NCBI RefSeq assembly: GCF_006345805.1
Contig: NC_042999.1
Coordinates: 97,092,001 to 97,156,000, forward strand
Direction: 5' to 3'
Origin: Octopus sinensis
Lineage: Eukaryota
DNA length: 64,000 bases
Shown here: positions 52,701-64,000 of the stretch, in pieces
Layout of the letters: every line of letters begins with the position of its first letter
Numbering within the stretch: position 1 is the first letter of the stretch
The notes under the pieces: model-generated
The model's input: only the letters and a program-made list of their open reading frames with translations
Told to the model about the DNA's origin: nothing
The model's database searches: none
Program-made: the position numbers and the translations under genes

Positions 52701-54454
52701 GACTTACGTCTAACATGACAAAAAACAACTCAAACCGCTTGTGACACAACCCTCCGCCGAGGCAACAGCAACGGCCTCGCAACGATTAGCTGGAGATGGT
52801 TTTTAAAATAAGAATATCTGAAATAAACTCGACTGCTCTCAGAAACGAGAATATTAAAAATAAACTCGACCGCTCTCAAAAATTAAGTTTTAAAAAGTGG
52901 GGAAATAATCCAGAATCCTTGTAAGGCGGCGAGCTTGCAATGCACTTAGTTTGGTTCCATTTTACTGTATCGATGTTACATATATAAAAGGTGATGAAGA
53001 AAAAACAAAAACATTTACTAGCACTATCATAATACCACGTGAAAACACCTGTGGTAATTCTTCACAAGCTTCTACAAACTCAGTTAATGTGCGTGTTTGC
53101 GTTTGTGTGCGTGTCTGTGTGTTTGGGGATCATGTATGCAAGGTGTAGTTAAAGAAATAAAGATGGAAAAAAAATTATTGAGAAAAAGGGAAATACACAG
53201 AAGTATAAATAAAGATTTCCGGAAAATACTCGCTAGCATATTTTGAAAGGACACACTTGTTAATCTATAAGGGAAAAAAGAAAAAGCTACAAAAATGCAA
53301 AAACAAATTAAAGCCATCCCGACAGCTGATTAGCAAGTACTTTCATTTGTAATTTTAAGATTAAAAATGATGACGCTTTTCACAGGAAAGTGTAAAGTCG
53401 ACCAAACAGAACGTGTCTCAGGGTTATGATTATAGTTAAGATTAGAATAGGCCTTTATTCTAACAACACTGATTTTAGAAAATTTGGGACAAGGTTAATA
53501 TCACAACATTCTTAACAAAATACAAAAGGAATTTTGTGATATTTATCTCTGTGTTTGTTTTTTCTGAGACATTAGTAACGCAAGTGAATTGAATATATTT
53601 AAATTTTGGCTACAGAATGGGTACAGTTGAAAGTCAGCATGTACAAAGTGTAGGATCAAGTCCTGAAACCGGTATTATGTTATATCAAGCTAATACGAAT
53701 AACTGGCAACGCAGTACTTCATTAAGCTGAAAGTTACGATTTACTAAGAGGAATAGTTGTTCAGTGTTTTATTAGCTTGTAGGGATGAATGTGTTTCTTC
53801 CAGTAGGCCTAAGACCATGGTGGAAACACTTACAACACGACCATACATTCAATTATATCGACACCAATTCAAAGTGGGTTCGAAAACAAATTATTGCTTT
53901 TACCCCAGTGAGAATAGGGACTAGTGTTATGAAACTTTTGACTGATCAAATGATTCGACATTATGGAGTGGTGTGTGGGGGGGTGAGAGAGAGAGAGAAG
54001 TGATTGGCTATTTCAACTGAGTGCGTAGATAATGTCAGTCTTCCTGAACACTGTTGTGCGAGGTTTTGAATAAAATGATAAAAATTAACCACAGTAGCTC
54101 CCCCGCTAATGTGCATTAGTGATTTTAATTAGAAACAATATTTATTTTTGGAGAAAAGCGGCATTATCGTTCTGGATAAGAACAGTCATCACTGACAAAA
54201 TTTGGACTCAGAAGATAGTGCTACGGCTGTAACATTTGACAGCGATTCTGTGACCCCAGTTGCATATAATCAGATGAACAATGACCAGCATCGTGAAAGT
54301 AGCCATGTCCTGAATATAGATGTAATTTCCCGTGGGAAACATTTAATTCTACTTAAATTGCTTAGGTACGAACATTACATACTTACTATCTCCTCCTATA
54401 TGCGTGAAATCCCCGAAAAAAAAAACAGAAACAAAACGTGTGTAATTGAGTATT

Positions 54455-54817
54455 CTTTTCTACTCTAGGCCTGAAAGTTTTGGGGGAGGGGAGCCAATCG
54501 ATTAGATCGATCCAGTACACAACTGGTACTTAATTTACCGACCTTGGAGGGATAAAAGGCAAAGTTGATCTCGGTGGAATTTGAACGTAAAAACAGACGA
54601 AATACCTATTTCTTTACTCCTCACAGGGGGCTAAACACAGAGAGGAAAAACAAGGACAGATAAACGTATTAAGTCGATTATATCGACCCCAGTGCGTAAC
54701 TGATACTTAATTTATCGACCCCGGAAGGATGAAAGGCAAAGTCGACCTCGGCAGAATTTGAACTCAGAAAATAGACAGACGAAATACGTGCTAACGTTTC
54801 TGCCAGCTTGCCGCCTT
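54455..54817 (-). mobile_element. Family A SINE, two-unit form with 17-bp TSD
   Basis: TSD GTGTGTAATTGAGTATT at 54438-54454 and 54818-54834. Confidence 0.9.
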
Positions 54818-55293
54818 GTGTGTAATTGAGTATTGAATTACTGGTTAGGTTTGTTATATTCTATTATCCTGAAGATCTTTTATTATATTGCAAAAGTGGG
54901 GAATGTATATTCTTGGTGTTCCAATCTTCAATAAAAGAATCAAGTTCTCTTATACTTATTTGCAACTTTTTTTTATTACCTCTGCCTTCTCGAAGGTGGA
55001 GGTATTGTTTTCAGTCGCGTTTGTTTGTTTTCAAGTACCGCTGGAAGTATTCGGATGAAACTTTCAGGGATGTTTGGCCTTGTGACTGGCACAAACTGAT
55101 TAGATTTTGGGATTCGGTACCAGACAAGGATTCTGGATTCTTTTCTACTCTAGGCACAAGGCCCGAAATTTGGGGGGAGGAGGCCAGTCGATTAGATTGA
55201 TCCCAATACGCAACTGGTAATTAATTTATCGACACCGAAAGGAGGAAAGGCAAAGTCAACCTCAGCGGAATTTGAACTCAGAACGTAAAGACA

Positions 55294-56224
55294 TAGTTTG
55301 TTTTCTTTCTCAATTAAGACTACGTCCGGCTTTCTATTCTCAATCTCATGGTCGCACTGAATCATAAAATCCCATAGGATCTTTGCATTTCTATTTTCGA
55401 CAATGCCTTCAGGTTTGTGGTCGTACCAATTTTTTACTCTGTCAAGTCCATACTTGTTGCAAAGTGTCCAATGGACAAGCCTGGCTATATTGTCGTGGCG
55501 TCTCTTATATTCCTTCTGGGCTAGTGGCGTACATTGGCTGGTAATATACCATACGGTTTCACCGTTTTTTCCACAGATTCTGCACTTATCACTTTCTGCT
55601 GTGTTGTCTATTCTGTATTTTATGTAGTTTGTTCTTAGTGCTTGTTCTTGGGCAGCACAGATTAGGGCCTCCGTTTCCGGTTTTAAATCACTTTTAGTCA
55701 TCCACAGCCATCTTTTTTCTCTGTCTGTGTTATCTTCAGCATCCCTATGAAATTGCCCATGTATTCTTTTCTTTATCCACCTATTTTCAGTTTCATTCGT
55801 TTTCAATTTCTTGTATAGTGCTTTATCTTTGCATTCTTTTATCCTACACAAGCCTGACCTTCTTACTTCTAATTATAGTGGTTCTATGGCATTTCTTACA
55901 TACCATGCAATGTTGTTTTCTTCTGCTCTAATGCTGTGTTCACATCCAATAAGTCCTCTTTCCCGCCTTTTTCTTGGTACATAGTCTGTCTGTGTCACTT
56001 TTGGGGTGGAGTGACCCATATCTAATTAACATCTTCCCTGTCTTACTGTCTAAGCTGTTTAGTGTGTCTACTGTCCATATGATTACTGCAGCTCCATATA
56101 TAAAGAGTGGAACCACCCAGGTGTTGATAGCTTCGATCTTATTCCTTCCGTTTAATTTCCACTTACGGATCAGTCTCAGTCAGCGTAAGTACTCCACCTT
56201 AAGTTTTTCTGTCATTTCTTTCTC
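55294..56224 (-). mobile_element. Second copy of the R4/Dong family seen at 12082-13436, 3' end replaced by a family A SINE piece (55140-55290)
   Basis: ORF 55192-55851 reads PETEALICAAQEQALRTNYIK..CRICGKNGETVWYITSQC..RHDNIARLVHW..ILWDFMIQCDHEIENRKPDVVLIEK, then runs into SINE sequence. Confidence 0.9.
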
Positions 56225-56337
56225 TATTAATTTATCCATTATTTTTTTCATTTCTTTCTCCATTAATTTATCTGTCATTTGGTTAATGTGGTATCTGGTT
56301 CAGTCCCACTTCGTCTTGATAAATTAATGGAGATTGA

Positions 56338-56401
<64 letters not shown>

Positions 56402-56425
56402 TTATTTATTTATTTTTTTTTATTA

Positions 56426-56632
56426 AAGGCGGCGAGCTGGCAGAATCGTTAGCACGCCGGATGAAATGTTTAGCGGTATTTCGCTTGTCGCTATGTTCTG
56501 AGTTCAAATACCGCCGAGGTCGACTTTGCCTTTCATCTTTTCGGGGGTCGATAAATTAAGTACCATTGAAACACTGGGGTCGATGTAATCAACACATCAC
56601 ATCCCCCAAATTTCAGGCCTATAGTAGAAACG
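56426..56632 (+). mobile_element. Family A SINE monomer
   Basis: AAAGGCGGCGAGCTGGCAGAATCGTTAGCACGCCGG head after (TAT)n 56338-56405; short ATT tail. Confidence 0.9.
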
Positions 56633-56649
56633 ATTATTATTGTTATTTT

Positions 56650-57155
56650 TATTATTCAGTAGTGTTATTTTTATCTGTGTGCCTTGGGTATGTACTGTGG
56701 TTTGTTGTGATGCTCTTATTTTTACTATATTGAAAGTGTTTTAAGTAAGATGTGTGCACTGTCTAGTAGTGCTATTTTCTGTATGTTGTATATACTTGTT
56801 AGTTCTGATGTTTTTGTTATGTATTTGTCTGAACATTTTTTTTATCATACCTAATGCGCCTACTATGATAGGAATTGTTTCTGCTTTTAGACTCCACATT
56901 CGAGTTACCTCTATTTCCAGGTCATTGTATTTTGAAAGTTTCTCCATTTCTTTTAGAGAAACGTTGTCATCTGTTGGTATTGATACATCAATTAGAAAGC
57001 ATTTTTTCTTCGTGATCTCTGACAATTATATTTGGCCTATTGGCCTTAATTTCTCTATCTGTGTGTATTGGCATATCCCATAGTATCGTTGCTTTCTCAT
57101 TTTCCGTGATCTTTTCTGGCGTGTGCCTATGCCAACTTTTTCTGTTGCTATTCCA
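56650..57155 (-). mobile_element. 3' fragment of a different R4/Dong-clade family (RLE domain)
   Basis: HTPEKITENEKATILWDMPIHTDREIKANRPNIIV / CFLIDVSIPTDDNVSLKEMEKLSKYNDLEIEVTRMW..IPIIVGALGMIKK. Confidence 0.85.
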
Positions 57156-57599
57156 TGCAAAAGCAATTACGGCTGTAACAGCAACAAAAGTAGTGAAATC
57201 AACAGCTACAAAAACACCGTCCTCGAGAACCCTCACAGTGCTAACAGCAGCAGCAACTGGAAGCCCCCAAATAACAACAGCAAAACAAAAAGGGAATGAC
57301 CGCACCCCGCTACCACAAGACCCTCCCTGCTTACACCAATAAATAGCACACAAACACACATAAAAATAGCATCGAAATCGCACAAAACTTATACAACGCC
57401 ATAAAAAGCAAATACCCAGACGAAGTAGGAAACTTCAGGGGGATATCAATAAAAGACTAAGGAAACAGTTGCATGTGGAAACACCCATAGGCAACCGGAG
57501 GGTTGAAACTCCTGTCCTTCCATAGAAATAAGATAAATTGGTCGTAAGTTGATTCTTTCTAACTTTCCTCTTTCCTATCGTACATTGTCGTACTCAGAA

Positions 57600-58210
57600 T
57601 CGGCAGTGCAAATGTACGTAACCAACCGAAGCCCGTGGATAATTTCCAGAAATCTCTGTTGTCAGTTCAAGATAACTCGACAGACATCGAATTCATCCGG
57701 TCCTGCCCGAGACGCGCGAAGAGCGATGAAACGTTCTGCATGCACTCCCCTAGTGCCCGAGTATTTCTGACTTGTGGGTTTATGTCAAACCTCTACTGTC
57801 GCGTGTATGATGGATCCAGCTGAGAAAATCGTCCTACTGCCCTGCTGTAACGAGGAAGGACAGGCAGCGTTTATCTACCAAGTAGTCTTGGCGAAAAAAG
57901 TTAAGTGGTGGACCAGACTGAAAGAACTGAAGTCGATCACCTTCCTCTTTATTCAAGCTTTCATCAACTTTTTCATGTTCCACTTGCAAAGGACGAGAGT
58001 GGAGAGAGAAATTCTGCCTTCCAACAAATTTGTTGAAAGCTGGATAAGAATAGTAAGAATGGTCTCAGTACACGGCTCTCCTCTGAGCATGCGTCTGTAC
58101 ATTGAAGGAGGAGATTAGGGAGAGGGTGCTTGCCCTAATAGTCAGGGTGACCGTGGTTTTGTGGCGTTTCCACGAGCATCACTCGGAAGTTTTCCCCCTT
58201 TGAGGGAATT
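57600..58210 (+). mobile_element. 3' end of a Tx1-clade LINE
   Basis: CPRRAKSDETFCMH (CPRCxxxxETxxHxxxxCP knuckle relic), then AKKVKWWTRLK..FINFFMFHL..RVERE, followed by a 3' UTR-like segment. Confidence 0.55.
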
Positions 58211-58353
58211 ATTTCTTGTTTGACATTTTTGCTTCTTTTTTAGTTATTTTATTTTTTACGGTTTCATGTAACCCCACATTGTATTGAATACTATAGTATC
58301 GTCCTCTCCTCCTTGATCTTTTTACAATTTCTAGGTGATTAATAAAGAAACCA

Positions 58354-58408
<55 letters not shown>

Positions 58409-58459
58409 CATTATTATTATTATTATTAATGTATTTTTGTTGTTTGTTTTTCACCCCAG

Positions 58460-58568
58460 AGCCAACGATCACGTGTTCAGATTTCATCAACCGGTCAAAT
58501 ATAACTCTAACAGTATTGATTTCGAAGGCTCTTATCCTCAAATGTCAGTTCCGTTTGACCACTGGCCG
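58460..58568 (+). CDS. Next coding exon of the DSL-like gene (C2/MNNL domain, ends in WP)
   Basis: Acceptor ttttcaccccAG at 58458-59, donor GTAAGT at 58569. 109 nt; first base completes the CG|A Arg codon from the previous exon. Encodes (R)ANDHVFRFHQPVKYNSNSIDFEGSYPQMSVPFDHWP. The phase-0 intron after WP matches the recalled FTWP|GTF / FAWP|RSY intron of vertebrate DLL1/JAG1. Confidence 0.85.
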
Positions 58569-59088
58569 GTAAGTGACATAACATAAAAATTATCACTTAT
58601 ATGACATCCGCTTTGTGAAATAAAAGTCTTAACATTGTCAAAATCCTTTATCATAGATTTAATAAGTTCTCACGACTTCAAAGATTTATTCATCATACAA
58701 AACAACTAGGCAATCCGTCCTTCATCCACTCATTTCACATTTTTTCAGTTTGCTGTTACCTACACCACGCATTTCAGGTGACAAGATACCCACCATCAAT
58801 CCTTGCAACTAGTTGTTTAAAAACTCTATAGACTCAGCTCTGTCACTACATCACTGATAACGATATGTGTGTGTGTGTGTGTGTGTGGTGTGTGTGTGTG
58901 TGTGTGTGTGGTGTGTGTGTGTGTGTGTTTATGTAAATTTTTTTCAGCAGTAATATTTTATGTAGTCGTAAGTTATGGACGGTCAGAAAGCTACTACTGG
59001 TTTTATGTCTGTTATTGTTCTTTATAGACGTGAAATCAATGTTAATTTTCTGACCGGCCACAACTTTTGACTACATTACACACACACA

Positions 59089-59148
<60 letters not shown>

Positions 59149-59796
59149 ACACACATAAAGTCATAAATAACAGTGAAATAGTTTGATAAAATTATATTCA
59201 AATTTCACAAATTGTTTCGTAACTTAAAAACATGTAAATAAGTTATGCTATTATATTTAATAATTCAAGGCCTTATGCCTAGAGTGAAAATAATTATTAT
59301 ATTTAATAATAAATAAATTACTTACATGAACGCACTGATGCCAAATGCAAAAACCCTTTCAAAATAACGCAGAATTTAAGCTACGTCCTCAGGTGAAAGT
59401 CATCCTTAATCTTTTCAATTTTGACTTTGCTTTACGTCGAGAATTTAGTATTTAACAAAGACGTTTTTTCACCAGTGGGCGTAACTTAAATTCTGTATTA
59501 TTTTGAAAGACTTCTTACTTTTGGCATTAATGCAGACATGTAATTTATTTATTATCAAATATAATTATATAAATCATTTACACATTTGTCGTGATATTTT
59601 AATTTTCTTATTGCTAAATAAAATTTCATCAAACTATTTCTCTGCCATTTATGATTTTATATTCTCATTATAGTTCCGTCTTGTATTATACTATATATTC
59701 TATGTTTTGTAGAATGATACGTTAAGGAGCTTTTTTATGAGTACTTCCGGACTATTTAAATTTATATATTGTGACTTTACATATATATATATATAT

Positions 59797-59854
<58 letters not shown>

Positions 59855-59857
<3 letters not shown>

Positions 59858-60354
59858 AGGGAATACTCAGCACAGAAGTATCAAACAGTTCAATTTTCAT
59901 GAATTGAGAATTATATGTGAAAAATCATTTATTGAATGCAATGTTTTAAATATATATCTATGTCAATGACATGTTACATTTTCTAGGTGAATAAAATCAT
60001 TATACTCATCAAAGATGCCGGTAAATAGATACTTGTAAGGAGAAATTTTGTAGTAATCTGTTACTCGTGTGCTTTAAAGAAATATATGTATATGTGTATG
60101 TACGTATGTATGTATGTATGCATGTATGTATGTATGTATGTATGTATGTATGTATGTATGTATGTATGTATGTATGTATGTATGTGCGTGTGTGTATGTG
60201 TGTGTATGTGTATGTGTGTGTGCGCGTATGTATAAGTAGCTCCAATTCATCTTGCTTGGTAAAGTAGTCGAAGCTCTGGTCCATTACAAACTTCACTGAA
60301 TTTAACGTGATTTAACATGAATTAAACAACATACATACATACATATATACTTAT

Positions 60355-60412
<58 letters not shown>

Positions 60413-60930
60413 AAAAAAGAAGTTTGAAAACGCCACTATATTGGATAAATTTTAATTTTCTTATGAATTTTACATGTTTCGGTTCTTGTTTGCTTTTATA
60501 CTCAGTTATAATAAAAAACAATTTTACATTAATCTGATAGGTTACTCTATAATTTTGTAGATTACAAATTTATCATTTGTAAAGAAGACTGTTGTTGATA
60601 ACGACTTCGAAGTTTCGGCAAGCTAAGCCATCGTTATATTCTTATACAAGAATGTTGTTGAGAGTGCCTTGGATGTTTCAGCCATCTAAACCATCGCCGG
60701 GTTGCCCAACGATGGCTTAGCTTGCCGAAACTTCGAAGTCGTTATCAACAACAGTCTTCTTTACAAATGATAAATTTGTAATCTACAAAATTATAGAGTA
60801 ACCTATCAGATTAATGTAAAATTGTTTTTTATTATAACTGAGTATAAAAGCAAACAAGAACCGAAACATGTAAAATTCATAAGAAAATTAAAATTTATCC
60901 AATATAGTGGCGTTTTCAAACTTCTTTTTT

Positions 60931-61003
<73 letters not shown>

Positions 61004-61506
61004 AGTATATATGTATGTATGTATGTTGTTTAATTCATGTTAAATCACGTTAAATTCAGTGAAGTTTGTAATGGACCAGAGCTTCGACTACTTTACCAAG
61101 CAAGATGAATTGGAGCTACTTATACATACGCGCACACACACATGCACACACATACACATACACACACATACACACACGCACATACATACATACATACATA
61201 CATACATACATACATACATACATACATACATACATACATGCATACATACATACATACGTACATACACATATACATATATTTCTTTAAAGCACACGAGTAA
61301 CAGATTACTACAAAATTTCTCCTTACAAGTATCTATTTACCGGCATCTTTGATGAGTATAATGATTTTATTCACCTAGAAAATGTAACATGTCATTGACA
61401 TAGATATATATTTAAAACATTGCATTCAATAAATGATTTTTCACATATAATTCTCAATTCATGAAAATTGAACTGTTTGATACTTCTGTGCTGAGTATTC
61501 CCTTAC
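59855..61506. mobile_element. 1.65-kb fold-back (palindromic) element: arms 59855-60635 and 60708-61506, 72-bp spacer
   Basis: Arms are reverse complements (GTAAGGGAATACTCAGCACAGAAG.../...CTTCTGTGCTGAGTATTCCCTTAC). The differences I saw are in internal microsatellite lengths. The left end abuts (TA)n 59781-59854; the right end is followed by ATATA. Confidence 0.95.
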
Positions 61507-62575
61507 ATATAAAGATTTAAACAAAATGTTTTCCCTCTATTTTTCCCTTTTAAGAGAGTCCAAAAGGATTTTATCGGTGCATAGCATACACTGTATGCAA
61601 ACCATCGAATGTGCATCTACTTGGTCATTTCAGCTGCTAGAAATAGCAGCCAAATCACATACATATATATACATATATGTATACTATATTCATATCTATG
61701 TATACATGCATGTATGGATGGATATGTGTGTATGTATGTATGTATGTATGTATGTATGTATGTATGTATGCGTAAAGCCAAGTTCCTTTATTTATTGTCT
61801 TTTTTGTCACATTTTAGAAATATTGAATGAGAAAGCAGTAGCTGTGCAGAGAAAGGTGAAAGGGACATAAAACATATTATGTATAGAGATGAATTAGCTA
61901 CATACACACACACACACACAAAACACACATACATGCATACATACATACACACATACATACACATAATAAAAAAGAGACTAAGAGAGAGTGAGGAATGGAA
62001 AAAATTGTTGACAATTAGCAGATTGATAGGCTTTCCGGTAACAGTTAACAGGCTGACAGGCTTTCCGGTAAACAGAGAGTGAAATATAGGGGAATGGAAA
62101 ACAGTGTAAAGAAAGATTTGGCGCAAGTAAATAATAAAAAGAGGAGAGAAAAAAGGAGACAGACTCTGCTATAGAACATGTGAAAATTAGTGACGTGTCG
62201 TGATAAAATAACAGAAGAATAGAGACTGAATAAATGTCAGAGAGAGAGAGAGATATGGAAACTCGTGAACGTGTAAGACGTTGGGAAATGGAGAGAATAG
62301 ACGTAGATTTTGAATAAGAAAAGCAGTGGAAATCGCATATGGTGAAAGCAGCGATGGTAGATCTTCATTTAACTTATGCTAACGTTTAAATCTATGAAAA
62401 AGGGTGCAACCATTTTAACTACAAGCTTGAAACATGATTCATCGTTCACACATATGGATGAACGCGTATGTATGTACAGACATTCTAATTCGCGCTCTAT
62501 CACTCTTTATATGTGTATGTATATATTACATGCTTGAGTTGTATAGTTATGTACGTGTGTGTGGGGGGGAGGTGC

Positions 62576-62607
<32 letters not shown>

Positions 62608-62685
62608 TCTAACCAACTCATTCTTTCTCTAAGTTTTTTTTAAATATGAACAAATAATAATAGTAATTTCCATCGAATCTGACAG

Positions 62686-62846
62686 GGAGAAGTTGAGCTA
62701 CACGTGTTTTTCTACGACTACCACGATATTGATAAATCAGCTCAGCTTGTTGACTGGTTCGAAACACGACTGGTCCAGAAAAAGATGCCATCACATGACA
62801 ACCTTTATAAAAAGCTTCGTGGAAGAAGGAAACTGTTCAAAACGAG
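62686..62846 (+). CDS. Next coding exon of the DSL-like gene (C-terminal part of C2/MNNL domain)
   Basis: Acceptor ctgacAG at 62684-85, donor GTAAGT at 62847. 161 nt, phase 0 to phase 2, no stops. Encodes GEVELHVFFYDYHDIDKSAQLVDWFETRLVQKKMPSHDNLYKKLRGRRKLFKT, continuing WP|G as expected. Absent from the ORF track because it has no upstream ATG. Confidence 0.8.
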
Positions 62847-63636
62847 GTAAGTGACACAATGAAGAGTACAAAACTACAAGCTACATATCTCTCAAAATCT
62901 ATAAATTACTTATCATAGAGCCTCTGCAGAGTCACTTTACATAATACGTATAAGCACTCAAACGTCCTTCAAATCATTGTCTACTATCTTAAAAGTGAAT
63001 GGATACATTGAATAATGTAAACTAGCGGGATCCGTGAATATTTCACGAAATTAATGATAAAAATTACTGGGTTATTTCTGAAAACTGTATCCAAAAGGCA
63101 TTAAAGCGTAGCCTGTATTGAGTCTGTATCGAAAGATAGTCGCTCGTCTGCTAATCATTGAAAAGTGAAGGAAATTGGAATGCGATGATTACTTAATACA
63201 CTTTATATATACACTTTATATACTTTATACACAATTTTATAGACTTAATACACAACACTTTCCCTCATTCTCTCTCACTCAGCGCCTCACCCTCTTTTTC
63301 TCTCTCCTTCTTCCGCTCTTCGCCTTTCCCTTCAACTAATCACGTGAAAGCGTTACAGACGGGCTAAGCAACGGAGAAAAACAACTTAGTTTTTAAAAAT
63401 TACACATTTCACTCACCATCAATTCTCCCTCCCCTTCACCTCCCCGTCTCCACCCCATACCTTTCCCATCCATCCACTCCTCATCACTTCCCCATTCCCT
63501 CATATCCCCATCTCCTGATCTAAATAAAATGTCAAATATGTTGGTGCGTGACTTTTGGCCCACCTTGAATGATGATGATGATGATGGTGTGTGTGTGTGT
63601 GTGTGTGTTGTCTGTGTGTGTGTGTATATATGTATA

Positions 63637-63760
63637 CCGTATGTTTTCGTGTAAAAGTCGAATTTTTTAGACCATTTTAAGGTCAAATTTATGGGGTGAA
63701 CTATTCCATAAATACTACTTTTGAGAGGCTGAAATTCAAACTAGAATCAGCAGCAGAAAC
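63637..63760 (+). mobile_element. Possible pogo/Tc2-type MITE end
   Basis: TA followed by CCGTATGTTTTCGTGTAAAAGTCG resembles recalled TA-CCGTA..TATAAG.CG termini. No partner end was seen. Confidence 0.35.
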
Positions 63761-64000
63761 CCAACTGATCTCTAAGTGAATAAAAACAAAAAACACAATG
63801 AATCACAGTAATATTACCAATTCTATGCATCAAAACACACGTCCTAGTAAATAACAAAACCCATAAGCAATTTTCCCCAAAAATTCCTGTCCTCGGTATC
63901 TACATAGTCCGAGGTATATTTGTAGAAAATTTCATTAAAAAATATCTATTTTCATGAAAGTTAAGACGAATTGAAGTGAACTTCGGTGAATTTTCCGAAA

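Noticed and set aside
61335-61395. Second hammerhead in the large palindrome arm (TTGATGAG...CTAGAAAATGTAACATGTC)
   Set aside because: No helix I partner and poor helix II pairing.

Overview
AT-rich, repeat-saturated animal genomic DNA. The SINE families, R4/Hero/Tx1/CR1 LINE relics and microsatellite density suggest an octopus or other coleoid cephalopod; this is inferred from remembered repeat motifs, not from a database search. The only host gene I can support is a + strand Notch-ligand-like (DSL family) gene. Three phase-compatible exons (50286-50470, 58460-58568, 62686-62846) encode its N-terminal C2/MNNL domain; the first exon is not securely found and the DSL/EGF exons lie beyond the window. 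Almost all other supplied ORFs are microsatellite read-throughs or decayed transposon frames. Best second-look items: (1) a 7SL-RNA-derived element lacking the central S domain, abutting a tRNA-SINE (26466-26684); (2) two near-perfect palindromes anchored at (TA)n runs (24476-24764; 59855-61506, intronic), each with a hammerhead-ribozyme-like motif at its centre, suggesting Penelope-like inverted repeats; (3) repeated tail-to-tail SINE/(ATT)n/R4-Dong stacking; (4) SINEs retroposed as multimers inside a single target-site duplication (TSD).
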